Shown here in pieces: positions 38,595 through 49,245 of a stretch of DNA of 64,000 bases (position 1 is the stretch's first letter; every line of letters begins with the position of its first letter). Origin of the DNA: Acidimicrobiia bacterium (lineage in GTDB: Bacteria > Actinomycetota > Acidimicrobiia > Spongiisociales > UBA11373); contig JAFGCH010000016.1 of assembly GCA_016932695.1 (NCBI GenBank), forward strand, positions 1,709 through 65,708, given 5' to 3'. The position numbers and the translations under genes are program-made. Below the pieces are notes generated by a model that saw nothing but the letters and a program-made list of their open reading frames with translations, was not told where the DNA came from and did no database searches.

Positions 38595-39704
38595 ATGGAG
38601 ATTGCGCCTCTCCTCCTGGAGGGCGGCCCCTACGAGCGTGGGCTGGTCCACGGCGAGAGCCTGCGCCGGCCCATTGCCGAACTCCTGGAGCGCTGGAAGG
38701 AAGCGCTCGCCGAGGACTTCGCCATGGATGCCGACGAGGCCATCGGTCGCTTCCTGGCAGGCACCGGCTTCCCGGATGCCATCGGCCGGCACACCCCCGG
38801 CCTGCTCGAAGAGGTGCGGGGCATCGCCGCCGGGGCGGGGCAGCCCTACGAGACCATGCTCGCCTTCCAGTACCTCGACGAGTTCTGGGCGGGGCGAGAG
38901 GTGATCACGGAAGGGCACTGCACCAGCATCGGCCTCGATCCGCGCCCGGGGGAGCCGGCCTGGCTGGCGCAGAACATGGACCTCGAGTCCTTCCGCGACG
39001 GCTATCAGGTGATCCTGCGGCTGAATCCTTCCGGAGCCGAGCCGGAGGCCCTCGTCCTGACCAACGCCGGGATGATCGGGCTCAACGGGGTGAACGCCGG
39101 CGGCTTAGGTATCTGCTGCAACACCCTCATCGACTGCAACAGCCGGCTCGACGGGCTGCCGGTCGCCTGCGTGGTGCGCGGCGTCCTCGCCCAGCCCGAC
39201 CCGGGGGCAGCCGAAGCCTTCCTGCGGCGCATCCCCCACGCCTGCGGGCAGAACTACCTGGTCGGCGATCCGCAACGCATCGTCGATCTGGAGTGCTCGG
39301 CGAACCAGGTCACCCCGTACCGGTCGGATACGATCGGTGGGGCCGTCTGGCACGCCAACCTGCCCCTGGCGAACACGGACACCCGGCCGGGCTGCGCTGA
39401 GACGTCGACGCGCGCCGAGAAGAGCCCGCACCGCATCGACAGCGAGGCCCGCTTCGACTCCGTGGCCCGCCAACTGCAGCAGGCCGTTTCTGCCCCGCGC
39501 CTCGACATCCTGAAGCGGATCCTGGCCTCTCAGGATCCGCCGGAGAACCCGATCTGCAGCTTGAAGACCGGCCCCGGGTTCCACGCCCGGGTGAGCATGT
39601 TCTCCTTCGCGGTGACCATCATGGAGTTGTCCGCCCGCCCGGCGCTGCACGCCAGCTTCACCCCAGGCGACACCGGCTCCTACACCCGGCTCGGCTTCGA
39701 GTGA
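38595..39704 (+). CDS. C45 family Ntn-hydrolase/acyltransferase
   Basis: GGPYERGLVHG, EEVRGIAAGA, HCTSIG, AQNMD, GVNAGGL. Confidence 0.85.
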   Translation: MEIAPLLLEGGPYERGLVHGESLRRPIAELLERWKEALAEDFAMDADEAIGRFLAGTGFPDAIGRHTPGLLEEVRGIAAGAGQPYETMLAFQYLDEFWAGREVITEGHCTSIGLDPRPGEPAWLAQNMDLESFRDGYQVILRLNPSGAEPEALVLTNAGMIGLNGVNAGGLGICCNTLIDCNSRLDGLPVACVVRGVLAQPDPGAAEAFLRRIPHACGQNYLVGDPQRIVDLECSANQVTPYRSDTIGGAVWHANLPLANTDTRPGCAETSTRAEKSPHRIDSEARFDSVARQLQQAVSAPRLDILKRILASQDPPENPICSLKTGPGFHARVSMFSFAVTIMELSARPALHASFTPGDTGSYTRLGFE

Positions 39705-39738
39705 CGGCCCGCGACGGGGAGGCCACAGCCCGAGCCGG

Positions 39739-39942
39739 CTACTCCTCGTAGCCCGACTGGGCCAGTTGCCGGGCGGCGCTCAGCCGGCCGGTGGTGGTGT
39801 AGGAGATCATGGCTTCGAAAGAGCTGCCGGTGCCCACCGGGGGGTACATGAGGTCGGAGGCGTCGAAGCGCACCACGTCTGCTGCCGCCACGAGGGCGTT
39901 CCAAACGCGGGCGCCGTCGAGATGCAGCAGCAGGCCGTTGCG
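39739..39942 (-). pseudogene. Fused remnants: threonine-aldolase-like motif joined to a sugar ABC binding-protein C-terminus
   Basis: GLLLHLDGARVWNALVA runs in frame into VVRFDASDLMYPPVGTGS..; no plausible start. Confidence 0.5.
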
Positions 39943-40209
39943 ATTGCTGGAGGCCCGCAGCGACCCGGCGACCTGCAACAGCGCACCGGGCTGTCCAGCG
40001 GCGGGGTCACCAAGGTGGTGGACCGCCTGGAGAAGAAGGGGCTGGTGAGCCGGGACTACGGCGGTGTCGTGGGGGACCGTCGAGGAGTGCTCGTATCCCT
40101 GACTGATCTGGGGCGGCAACGCATCCGGGCGATGACGGAGGCCTTGGGTGCCCACCTGCCGCAATCGGCGGGCTTGGTGCGAGAACTGGATCGACTGCTG
40201 CAGGGCTGA
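39938..40209 (+). pseudogene. MarR family regulator, N-terminally truncated
   Basis: GPQRPGDLQQRTGLSSGGVTKVVDRLEKKGLVSR..DRRGVLVSLTDLGR; N-terminal helices missing. Confidence 0.65.
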
Positions 40210-40358
40210 GCGGTCGCGGCAACACGGCGTGCCGCTCGGGTCGCCGGCCATCCGGGCCGCCATCCGGGACAATCCGGAGGGCCCTCTCATCCCGGGGGCC
40301 CGTACCCTGCCGGGGCACGGTTCTCGAGGCGGGTGCCCTATCAGCGGGAGGTCGGCCA

Positions 40359-41153
40359 ATGGCGGATGAATCCCATTCCGGCGAACGGCCCCTGTGGCCG
40401 TACATCGTGGGAGCTCTGGTCTTGGGGCTATTGGTGGTGGGCTTCTTCTTCATCAGGGACTTGATCGCCTTCGGCCGGCCCGCTCCCGAGTTCCCCTCTC
40501 TGGCCGACCAGCCCGACCCTGCGCTACACGGCACCGTGGCGTACTTCGCCATGGTGGGCGACCCGAAGACCCAGATCGACAGCGGCTGTGTGCGGGTGAT
40601 CGCCGCCTCGGGCGCCGAGTCGAAGGATGTGCTCTGCCTGTCCGACGCGGGGTCCGATACCGGTCCCCAGCTCGCCTTCTTGCCCGACGGGCGGCTCGAG
40701 GTGACGATGTTCTCCTGGCCCGTCGATCAACCGCTGGTGGTCGCGTGGCAGAAGATCGTCGACGTGCGCACCGGGGCAGTCGAGGAGGTCCCCGCGGGGC
40801 AGCCCCCGGCGGCGCCCTCTGCCCAGGGCGCCACGGTGACCCCGGCGGGTGAGCAGATCATCGCCCGCACCGGGGGCAATGAGGCGGAACTGGCGCTGGT
40901 CTCTGCGGATGGGGCTGCCCGCACCCTGTGGTCGGCTGAGGTGAGCCCCGAGTACTCCATCCGGGCGATCTGGGCCCCCAACTGGGAGTGGGTGCTGGCC
41001 TACGACGGCCGGCTCCTCGTGGCCACCGTTGACGACCCGGCGGTGATCCGGGTGCTGGTGGCCGAACCCGCCGGGCTGGGCGGCTGGGGTAGTACCGAGC
41101 CCCGTATGGCGACCTACGCCGTCACCGAGGTGGATCTGGTAGGAACGGGCTGA
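40359..41153 (+). CDS. Hypothetical membrane-anchored exported protein
   Basis: GGAGG SD; N-terminal TM helix, beta-rich remainder. Confidence 0.7.
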   Translation: MADESHSGERPLWPYIVGALVLGLLVVGFFFIRDLIAFGRPAPEFPSLADQPDPALHGTVAYFAMVGDPKTQIDSGCVRVIAASGAESKDVLCLSDAGSDTGPQLAFLPDGRLEVTMFSWPVDQPLVVAWQKIVDVRTGAVEEVPAGQPPAAPSAQGATVTPAGEQIIARTGGNEAELALVSADGAARTLWSAEVSPEYSIRAIWAPNWEWVLAYDGRLLVATVDDPAVIRVLVAEPAGLGGWGSTEPRMATYAVTEVDLVGTG

Positions 41154-41162
41154 TACGTCTCA

Positions 41163-42068
41163 CTAGGAATGGCCCGGCTCGAGTTGGGACGCGAGCCAGC
41201 GCCGCAGGGAGGGGCTCATCGGGAGCCCCTCCCGCTGCTGCGGGTCGAACAGGACCTCCTCGAAGCGCGCGGTGGCCAGGTCATCGATGAGGCCGGGACG
41301 CAGCGATGCGGGCACCTCGCCGTGGAGGTGGAGGGGGTAGTTGTAGCCGGGGCCTAGGTCGGCCATCTCCGCGGGATCGAGGGTGGCGAGGGCGACCGCG
41401 GTGAGCACCGCCTGATGGAGAAACAGCAAGTGGCGCTCACTGTGTTCGCACCAGGCGCCCAGCTCCTGATCCTGCCGGGCGGCCCGCAGCCCCCGATCCC
41501 AGGCGGCCAGGAGGCCGCGCTCGGGGCGCACCACCAGCAGACCGGCGTTCAGGTAGGGGCAGATGCGCTCGCCGACACTGGTGGTCATGGGGAACTGCCG
41601 GTCCTCGGGAACTCCGCACACCTGCCAGATGCGGCTCCAGAAACCGTCCGGCGGCCGGCCCCATTCGGTGCCGATGAGCCGATGGTGCACCGGGCGGTAC
41701 CCCAGGGCCGCGCTCGCGGCGAGCAGGAAAGCCGAGGGCTCGCGCAGCACCAGGGTGTCGCGGTCCAACCAGGCGAGGAGCGCGGTGTCGGCCGACGCGC
41801 TCTCGACCGCCGCTGCCGCCGCCACCTTGCGCCCGAACGGCACCTCGCCCGCCGGGCTCTCGATGGTCAGGGGCAGGAGATCGACCCGCAGCCGGGCCAG
41901 GTCGGGACCGACGTCTCCTTCTACCCGGTCGAGACCTTCGGGGACGAACACCCGGATGGGGGCCTCGGCCAGCGCGCCGCCGAAGACGCGGATGCCGGTG
42001 GCCAGCAAGGCCGCCTGGCGGGCGGGTAGCCCGGGAACGGCGAGGGTGGCAAAGGCGAGACGGGTCAC
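41163..42068 (-). CDS. Hypothetical protein, glycosyltransferase family 8-like
   Basis: WLDRDTLV (DxD), YLNAGLLVVRP, HQAVL, YNYPLH. Confidence 0.55.
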   Translation of the reverse strand: MTRLAFATLAVPGLPARQAALLATGIRVFGGALAEAPIRVFVPEGLDRVEGDVGPDLARLRVDLLPLTIESPAGEVPFGRKVAAAAAVESASADTALLAWLDRDTLVLREPSAFLLAASAALGYRPVHHRLIGTEWGRPPDGFWSRIWQVCGVPEDRQFPMTTSVGERICPYLNAGLLVVRPERGLLAAWDRGLRAARQDQELGAWCEHSERHLLFLHQAVLTAVALATLDPAEMADLGPGYNYPLHLHGEVPASLRPGLIDDLATARFEEVLFDPQQREGLPMSPSLRRWLASQLEPGHS

Positions 42069-42212
42069 GGGGGCAGTATGACCGGGAGCCGGCGTCGTCG
42101 CCGTAACGCCGGGTCGCGGGGCGCAACCGTCCGCTGGGTGATGCTTCGGGTGCAGGGGCGATACAGTGCCTGCCGGCGGCGCCACGCCGCCGCATCATCA
42201 AAAGGTGCACCC

Positions 42213-43067
42213 ATGACCTTCCGACGCGATGCCCGCCTCGACACCAGCCAGGTGCATGATCGCCGCGGGATGAGTACCCGCACCGGAGTGGCCGCCGGGG
42301 GCGGCCTTCTGGCCGTCATCGCCGTCCTCGTCACCCTGTTCATGGGGGGCGACCCGTCGCAGTTGATGGCGGGGCTCAACGGCGAGACGGTGGGGGAGCA
42401 GGCTACGAACGACCTGTCGGAAGAGTGCCGGACCGGGGCCGACGCCAACGCCCGCGACGACTGCCGTATCGTCGGCTACGTGAACAGCGTGCAGGCCTAC
42501 TGGGGCGGCGTGGTGCAGGGCTACCGAATGGCGCCGACCACCTTCTACACCGAAGGGGTGAGCACCGGCTGCGGCTACGCCACCAGTGCGGTGGGCCCGT
42601 TCTACTGCCCCAACGACCAGAGCATCTACATCGACCTGGGGTTCTTCGATGAACTGCAGAACCGTTTCGGCGCCCAGGGTGGTCCTTTCGCAGAGGCCTA
42701 CGTGATAGCCCACGAGTACGGGCACCACGTGCAGAACCTCGTCGGCATCCTGCAGAGCGCCGGGCAGGGCGCGGGCGCCGAGGGAGAGGCGGTGCGCACC
42801 GAACTCCAGGCCGACTGCTTCGCCGGGGTGTGGGCCTACCACGCCGTGGCCACCGGCTACCTGGAGCCGATCACCCAGGAGCAGGTCAACCAGGCGCTCG
42901 ACGCGGCCGCCGCGGTGGGCGACGACCGCATCCAGGAGCATCTGCAGGGGCGGGTAACCCCGGAGAACTGGACCCACGGGTCGTCGGTGCAGCGCCAGAC
43001 CTGGTTCCGGGTCGGCTACGACACCGGCGACCCCAACGCTTGCGACACCTTCGACGCCGACATCTGA
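42213..43067 (+). CDS. Neutral zinc metallopeptidase (YpfJ-like)
   Basis: GPFYCP, YVIAHEYGHHVQ, ELQADCFAG, THGSS. Confidence 0.92.
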   Translation: MTFRRDARLDTSQVHDRRGMSTRTGVAAGGGLLAVIAVLVTLFMGGDPSQLMAGLNGETVGEQATNDLSEECRTGADANARDDCRIVGYVNSVQAYWGGVVQGYRMAPTTFYTEGVSTGCGYATSAVGPFYCPNDQSIYIDLGFFDELQNRFGAQGGPFAEAYVIAHEYGHHVQNLVGILQSAGQGAGAEGEAVRTELQADCFAGVWAYHAVATGYLEPITQEQVNQALDAAAAVGDDRIQEHLQGRVTPENWTHGSSVQRQTWFRVGYDTGDPNACDTFDADI

Positions 43068-43154
43068 GCCGGCGGGCGATCACTCCGGCGGCGGCGCTCC
43101 CACTCCACGGCGGAGCAGTTTGACGGCCGAGGAAGTCCGTCCGGGGAGGATGCG

Positions 43155-43977
43155 ATGAGATCGCGGCTGATGCCGGCCTGCCTGCTCGTGTTGGTGTGCG
43201 CCGGTTGTGGAGGAGGCGAAGCAGCCACTACGACGACCGCTCCCGGCCCCGGCAGTACTACGACCGGCGTGCCGCTCACCACGACCACCACCGCGGCATC
43301 CACGACGTCGGTCGAGACGACCACCACCGCCACCGCACCGCCCACCACCGAGACCACGCTGCCGGGTCGATACCCATCCGGTCTGGGGGGTGTCCTGGCA
43401 GGCCTTCGTCCCTGCCGACGGCGCCACCGCGGTCTATGAGGCGGTCACCTTCGACGGGCGCACGGTGCAACTGCCCGCCCGCTTCGACTACGCGGCGGAG
43501 TGGCAGGGGAGCACCTGGATGCGCCTCCAGTTCGGCACGGTGGAGGTGGGACAGGACGGCGCCGCCATGTACTTCGACATCCCCGAGCCCTGGATGATGC
43601 GCTGGGCGGGGGCGGAGAGCACCCAGGCCGTCACCGACTTTGTGCAGGTGGAGTACCCCGCCGAGCCGGTGGTCTTCGACTTCCTGAAGCTGCCGGGCGA
43701 AACCATCTACCTGGAGACGGACATCGTCGGTGACTACGGGGATTTCACCGCGACCATGGGCCTCACCCTCGCGATGTCGCTGGCGGCGCTGGTGGAATCG
43801 ATCGAGGTCCCGGCGGGGGCCTTTGACGCCCTGCATCTGGAGATGGTGGCCGGCGGCGAACTGATCGGCGGCCTCATCGACACGGAGTGGTGGCTGGCCC
43901 CCGACGGCTTCTTCGTCAAGTGGGAGGAACCGCCGGGGTTCCGCAGCCTGCAGCTGGTTGAGGGCTGGAGCGGCTAG
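43155..43977 (+). pseudogene. Thr-rich lipoprotein gene split by a frameshift near 43365
   Basis: Signal/lipobox (CAGC) and Thr linker in one frame; globular domain (VDTHPVWGVSW..IEVPAGAFDA) continues in the +1 frame with no separate start. Confidence 0.7.
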
Positions 43978-43992
43978 GGCGGAGCGCCGACC

Positions 43993-44391
43993 TCAGTCCG
44001 GCACCACCCGCACCCGGCAGCGGATTCCCGGAGCCGCGGCGAGTCTCCGGTCGGCGGTGACCAGTTCGGCATCCAGCGCTTCGGCCAGCGCCACGTAGAC
44101 GGCGTCGTAGGGGGTGAGGTTGGCCCGCAGCTCGTAGGCCCGCCCGAGGAACGGCCGGGCCGGGTATCGGGGAAAGGGGAGAGCTGCCAGGGCGTCGATG
44201 GCCACCAGGAAGTCCATCTCGTCGAGAACCCTCGCCGCCCATCGCTTCCGCAGGACGGCGACCGTCTCCACGTCCGCGAAGTCGGGCCACGCCGCCTCGC
44301 CATGTCGGCGCAGCAGGTCGCGGGCGAACCGACCTGCCTCTCCGCTGTCTACCGCCGCCGCAGCGAGGATCGAAGCGTCGGGGACGATCAC
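43993..44391 (-). CDS. vapC: VapC (PIN) toxin
   Basis: IVPDAS, E in DVETV, TPYDAVYVALAE, LVTADRRL. Confidence 0.9.
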   Translation of the reverse strand: MIVPDASILAAAAVDSGEAGRFARDLLRRHGEAAWPDFADVETVAVLRKRWAARVLDEMDFLVAIDALAALPFPRYPARPFLGRAYELRANLTPYDAVYVALAEALDAELVTADRRLAAAPGIRCRVRVVPD

Positions 44392-44618
44392 CGTTCCTCG
44401 CGTACCTGACGGAGAGCCTCGACGGCTTCGGCGAGGCTGAGATGGCCTCCCTGGAGCCGGTCAACGCGATCGAGCACATCGTCGAGTGTGCGGGTGGCCG
44501 TCTCACGAGTCAAGAGGGCCGTCAGGTACTGCTGCAGCGACCGGCCCTGGCGGTGAGCGCGCCGCATCAGTTCGCGGTGGACGTCTTCGGGCAGATCCCG
44601 AATCAACACGTTCGGCAT
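44388..44618 (-). CDS. Ribbon-helix-helix antitoxin (FitA/VapB-like)
   Basis: MPNVLIRDLPEDVHRELMRRAHRQGRSLQQYL; GTGA overlap with the toxin. Confidence 0.85.
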   Translation of the reverse strand: MPNVLIRDLPEDVHRELMRRAHRQGRSLQQYLTALLTRETATRTLDDVLDRVDRLQGGHLSLAEAVEALRQVREER

Positions 44619-44691
44619 GCTTGCATTATGCAAGCGGAGCGCCGCTGGGTCAAGACCACCCCCTTCCCCGGCTCCCTCTACTCTCCCCGTC

Positions 44692-47427
44692 GTGACCCTG
44701 CTGCCCGGTCCCGCCCCCGAGCAGATGGCTGCCGACACTGTCGCCATGCGGACCGATCTGGCGCTGGTGCAGCGCCTGCTGCGGGAGACGCTGGCGCGCC
44801 AGGTGGGCCCCCACCTGCCGGCTCTGGTAGACGAGGTGCGGCGGCTGGCGGCGATCGCCGCCGCGGAGTCCCTCGGCCGCGGCGGGCCGGAGACCCTGGA
44901 GGCCCTCCTCGGCGGGCTCGATCTCGATACCACCATCGCCCTGGTGCGGGCTTTCACCCTCGACTTCCATCTGGCCAACGTGGTGGAGCAGGCCCATCGC
45001 GCCGACCTGCTGGCGGCCGGTCCCGGGTGGCTGGAGGCCGCGGTGGACCGCATCCGGGCGGCCGGCATCCCGGCCGCCGACATCGCCGACGTGGTGGCCC
45101 GCCTCGAGGTGCGCCCGGTGCTCACCGCCCACCCCACCGAGGCGACGCGCTGGTCCACCCTCACCAAGCTGGCGGCCGTCGCCTCCCTGCTGGAGCAACG
45201 CCGTCACGGTGGGCTCCCCCCGGCAGAGGCCGAGGACCTCGACCAGGAGTTGGCGGCCACCATCGCCGCCCTGTGGCAGACCGACGAGCTGCGCCGAGCC
45301 CAGCCCACCCCCCTCGACGAAGCCCGCCAGGCGACCTACTGGCTGGGGTCGCTGTTCGAAGCGGCGGGCCGCCTGACGGGTCACGTCGACCGCCAGTTAT
45401 CCCGTTTGGGCGTCGTCCTCGCGCCGGAGGCGGCGCCCTTGCGCTTCGGCACCTGGGCCGGGGGCGACCGCGACGGCAACCCGGCGGTGACCCCGGAGGT
45501 GACCCGGGAGGTGCTGGCCCGCCAGCACCACCACGGCCTGGGGCTGCTGCGGGGCGCCGTCGAGGCATTGGGGGCCGAGTTGTCCTCCGCCACCACCGTG
45601 GTGGGCATCTCTGCCGAGCTGGCCGCCTCGCTCGAGGCCGATGCCGCCGTCCTGCCCGAGGTTCAGGCTCGCTACGGCGCTCGCTACGGCGACGAACCGT
45701 ACCGGCTGAAGTGCCGGTTCATAGCGGCGCGCTTGGAGCACACCCGGGCGCGGCTGGTGGAGGGCGAGGCCACCGGCGCGGCCTACGAAGGGCCTCGCGG
45801 CCTGCTGGCCGACGTCGACCTCGTGCGCCGTTCCCTGCGGGCGCACGGCGGCGAGGCGATCGCTGCCGCGTCGCCCGCTCGCCTTCTCCGCCGGGTGGCT
45901 GCCTTCGGCTTCGGCCTGGCCACGCTCGATCTGCGGGACCACGCCGCCCGTCACCACGAGGAGGTGGCCCGGCTCCCGGGTTTCGCCGGCTATGCCGCGC
46001 TGGACCGGGAGGGGCGGACGCGGCGGCTCCTTGCCGAGTTGGCGGTCCCCGGCTCGGGCGGGCTCCTGGACGAGACCTCCGGGGACGGCCCCCTCGCCCT
46101 GCTGGGCACCGTGGCCGGCGCTCTGGACTGCTTTGGGGAGGGGGCGGTGGAGTCGTACCTGGTCTCGGAGACCGGAGGCGCCGATGACGTGCTCGCCATC
46201 GTCGTCCTGGCCGCCCGGGCCGGGTTGATCGACCCCAAGGCGGGGAAGGCCCGGCTCGGGGTAGTGCCACTGTTCGAGACCTTGGAGGGTATCCGGTCCG
46301 CCGGGGACATCCTCGACACGCTGCTCTCCGAACCCGTCTACCGGCGCCTGGTGGACGCCCGGGGCGGCCTGCAGGAGGTGATGCTGGGCTACTCGGACTC
46401 CTCCAAGCACGCCGGCATCACCACCGGCCAATGGGAGCTGCACCGGGCGGCCCGGCGCCTCCACGACGTCGCCTCACGCCACGGGGTGCGGCTCCGCATC
46501 TTCTACGGCCGGGGCGGCACGGTGGGGCGGGGCGGCGGCCCCACGGGTGAGGCCATCCTGGCCCAGCCCTTCCGCACCGTGGACGCCGCCATCAAGGTGA
46601 CCGAGCAGGGCGAGGTCATCTCCGACAAGTACGCCCTGCCGGGCCTGGCCCGGCGCAACCTGGAGATAGCGGTGGCGGCGACCCTGGAGGCCTCGCTGCT
46701 GCACCGCACCCCGCGCCACGACCGGGAGACTCTGCAGCGCTGGACCGCGGCCATGGATGAGGTGTCCCGAGCGGCCTATCGCGCCTACCGGAGCCTGGTG
46801 GAGCATCCCGGCTTGATGCGCTACTTCTTCGCGGCGACGCCGGCGGCCGAGTTGGAGGCCCTCAAGCTGGGATCCCGGCCCGCGCGGCGCCCGGGCCGGG
46901 AGGCCGCCTGCTTCGAGGGGCTGCGGGCCATTCCTTGGGTCTTCGGCTGGACGCAGAGCCGCCAGATCGTGCCCGGCTGGTACGGGGTGGGGAGCGGCCT
47001 GGCCGCCGCCCGCACCGCCGGCTGGGGCGAGACCCTAGACGAGATGCATTGCGGCTGGCGCTTTTTCCGCACCTTCATCAGCAACGTCGAGATGACCTTG
47101 GCCAAGACCGATCTGGGGGTGGCCGCCCGCTACGTGGAGCACCTGGTGGAACCGGGACTGCACCCACTCTTCGAGACCATCACCGCCGAGCACGACCGCA
47201 CCCTGGCCGAGGTCCTGCACCTCACCGGCGGCCCCCGCCTGCTGGCCGGCAACCCCACCCTGCAGCGCACCCTCGAGGTGCGCCACGCTTACCTGGCCCC
47301 CTTGCATTACGTACAGGTGGCGCTGCTGGCTCGTCGCCGGGCCGAGGGGGCCGGCGACCCCGCCCTGGAGAGGGCCCTGCTGCTGACCCTCAACGGCATC
47401 GCCACCGGGCTGCGCAACACGGGCTAG
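44692..47427 (+). CDS. ppc: Phosphoenolpyruvate carboxylase
   Basis: [60 protein letters not shown]. Confidence 0.95.
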   Translation: MTLLPGPAPEQMAADTVAMRTDLALVQRLLRETLARQVGPHLPALVDEVRRLAAIAAAESLGRGGPETLEALLGGLDLDTTIALVRAFTLDFHLANVVEQAHRADLLAAGPGWLEAAVDRIRAAGIPAADIADVVARLEVRPVLTAHPTEATRWSTLTKLAAVASLLEQRRHGGLPPAEAEDLDQELAATIAALWQTDELRRAQPTPLDEARQATYWLGSLFEAAGRLTGHVDRQLSRLGVVLAPEAAPLRFGTWAGGDRDGNPAVTPEVTREVLARQHHHGLGLLRGAVEALGAELSSATTVVGISAELAASLEADAAVLPEVQARYGARYGDEPYRLKCRFIAARLEHTRARLVEGEATGAAYEGPRGLLADVDLVRRSLRAHGGEAIAAASPARLLRRVAAFGFGLATLDLRDHAARHHEEVARLPGFAGYAALDREGRTRRLLAELAVPGSGGLLDETSGDGPLALLGTVAGALDCFGEGAVESYLVSETGGADDVLAIVVLAARAGLIDPKAGKARLGVVPLFETLEGIRSAGDILDTLLSEPVYRRLVDARGGLQEVMLGYSDSSKHAGITTGQWELHRAARRLHDVASRHGVRLRIFYGRGGTVGRGGGPTGEAILAQPFRTVDAAIKVTEQGEVISDKYALPGLARRNLEIAVAATLEASLLHRTPRHDRETLQRWTAAMDEVSRAAYRAYRSLVEHPGLMRYFFAATPAAELEALKLGSRPARRPGREAACFEGLRAIPWVFGWTQSRQIVPGWYGVGSGLAAARTAGWGETLDEMHCGWRFFRTFISNVEMTLAKTDLGVAARYVEHLVEPGLHPLFETITAEHDRTLAEVLHLTGGPRLLAGNPTLQRTLEVRHAYLAPLHYVQVALLARRRAEGAGDPALERALLLTLNGIATGLRNTG

Positions 47428-47518
47428 CGGGTCGAGCCCGGACGCCCCTACCTCACCGGACGGGGGACAGTGCCGACCGGGTAGTGTGCCCTCGAAAGCG
47501 TCTCGTCGAGGGAGGGCC

Positions 47519-48133
47519 ATGGTCCGTCTGATCCCGCGCGAGGAGAAGTACTTCGGGCTGCTCAGCGGCCTGGTGGGGAAGATCCGTTCCGGGGCGGCCC
47601 TGTTCGTCGAACTGCTGGCGGACTACGAGAACCGGGTGAAGTACGCCGAACAGATCAAGGCGATCGAGGAGGAGTGCGACCAGCTGGCCGCCGACATCGT
47701 GGCCAAGCTCAACACCACCTTCATCACCCCCATCGACCGCGAGGACATCTACCTGCTCACCACTCGGGCCGACGACATCATCGACGAGATCAACGGCCTG
47801 GCACGGCGCCTGGATCTCGTCCACGCCGTGCCGCTGCGCCCCGATGTCCCCGAGATCGCCGCCATCCTGGCCGACTCATTGGTGGAGGTCGAAGCCGCCT
47901 TCGGGCAGCTCAAGGCCCGCAACGGGGTCACCGAGCATGGCCGCAACGTCCGCCGCTTGGAGAAGCGGGCCGACGTGCTCTACGCCGAAGCTCTGCACCG
48001 GCTCTTCACCGGTGAGCCCAACGCCATAGAGGTCGTCAAGTGGGTTTCGATCTACGAGCAGCTGGAGGACGCCATCGACCGCTGCAAGCACCTGGCGGAG
48101 AGCCTGGAGAGCGTCGCGGTGAAGCACACCTGA
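47519..48133 (+). CDS. DUF47 phosphate transport regulator (PhoU-like)
   Basis: LNTTFITPIDREDI; upstream of the Pit gene; GGAGG SD. Confidence 0.9.
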   Translation: MVRLIPREEKYFGLLSGLVGKIRSGAALFVELLADYENRVKYAEQIKAIEEECDQLAADIVAKLNTTFITPIDREDIYLLTTRADDIIDEINGLARRLDLVHAVPLRPDVPEIAAILADSLVEVEAAFGQLKARNGVTEHGRNVRRLEKRADVLYAEALHRLFTGEPNAIEVVKWVSIYEQLEDAIDRCKHLAESLESVAVKHT

Positions 48134-48152
48134 GCACGGGGCCAGGGTTCTC

Positions 48153-49199
48153 TTGGACGCGACCACCACTCTTGCCGTAGCCATCATCCTGGCGGCGTTG
48201 ATCTTCAACTTCGCCAACGGCTGGCACGACGCCGCCAACTCCATTGCCACCATCGTGTCTACGCGCGTCCTGCGGCCCGGGTTGGCGGTGGTCTGGGCGG
48301 CGGCATTCAACTTCATCGCCTTTCTGGTATTCGGCACCGGTGTCGCCAAGACGGTCGGGGAAGGCCTGGTGGACGTGACCCGCGTCACCGAGGACTGGCG
48401 TCTCTGGGTGCTGCTCAGTGCCCTGGTCGGCGCGATCGTCTGGGACGTGATCACCTGGTACTTCGGGCTGCCTTCCAGCTCTTCGCACGCCCTGGCCGGG
48501 GGTTTCGCCGGTGGGGCGATCGCCGCTCAGTTCATCACCGACGGGGCCTACGCTGGGCTGCTGCGGGCGGGGGGATGGATCAGGATCCTGGTCTTCATCG
48601 TCTTGTCGCCGCTGCTGGGCATGGTCTTGGGCTTCCTCTTCATGGTGGCCCTCATGTGGGTTTTCCGCCGCTCGCGACCGGATCGGGTCGACCACATCTT
48701 CCGCAAGGGTCAGCTGGTCTCGGCCGCCGCGTACAGCTTGGGGCACGGTGGGAACGACGCGCAGAACTCGATGGGCATCATGACGGCGGTGCTGGTGGCC
48801 GGGGGATTCCTGGCATCCGCCCCGGATGGGGGCTTGCCCGACATACCGCTATGGGTGGTGCTGTCGGCCCACGCCGCCATCGCCCTGGGGACCATGACCG
48901 GGGGGTGGCGCATTGTGCATACCCTGGGATCCCGCATCACTCGCCTCAAGCCGGTGCACGGCTTCGCCGCCGAGACCGCGGGGGCGGTGACTCTGGCCAT
49001 GAACACCGCCTTGGGCATCCCGGTGAGCACTACCCACACGATCACCGGCGCCATCGTGGGGGTCGGTGCCACCCGGCGCCTTTCGGCGGTGCGCTGGGGG
49101 GTGGCGCGGCGGGTGGTGTGGGCGTGGGTGTTCACCGTGCCTATGTCCGCCCTGGTGGCGGCGGGCTTCGTCCTGGTGGTGCGCCTCTTCCGCGGCTGA
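48153..49199 (+). CDS. Inorganic phosphate transporter (PiT family)
   Basis: NGWHDAANSIAT, GLPSSSSHAL, HGGNDAQ, GIPVSTTH. Confidence 0.93.
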   Translation: MDATTTLAVAIILAALIFNFANGWHDAANSIATIVSTRVLRPGLAVVWAAAFNFIAFLVFGTGVAKTVGEGLVDVTRVTEDWRLWVLLSALVGAIVWDVITWYFGLPSSSSHALAGGFAGGAIAAQFITDGAYAGLLRAGGWIRILVFIVLSPLLGMVLGFLFMVALMWVFRRSRPDRVDHIFRKGQLVSAAAYSLGHGGNDAQNSMGIMTAVLVAGGFLASAPDGGLPDIPLWVVLSAHAAIALGTMTGGWRIVHTLGSRITRLKPVHGFAAETAGAVTLAMNTALGIPVSTTHTITGAIVGVGATRRLSAVRWGVARRVVWAWVFTVPMSALVAAGFVLVVRLFRG

Positions 49200-49245
49200 G
49201 GCGCCGGCCCGACGGGCGCCGTCTCCAAGGCAGGCCGGGGATGGG

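Noticed and set aside
43993-44618. VapBC as a marker of a defence island
   Set aside because: A solitary ordinary TA pair; neighbours are metabolic or envelope genes with no other defence systems
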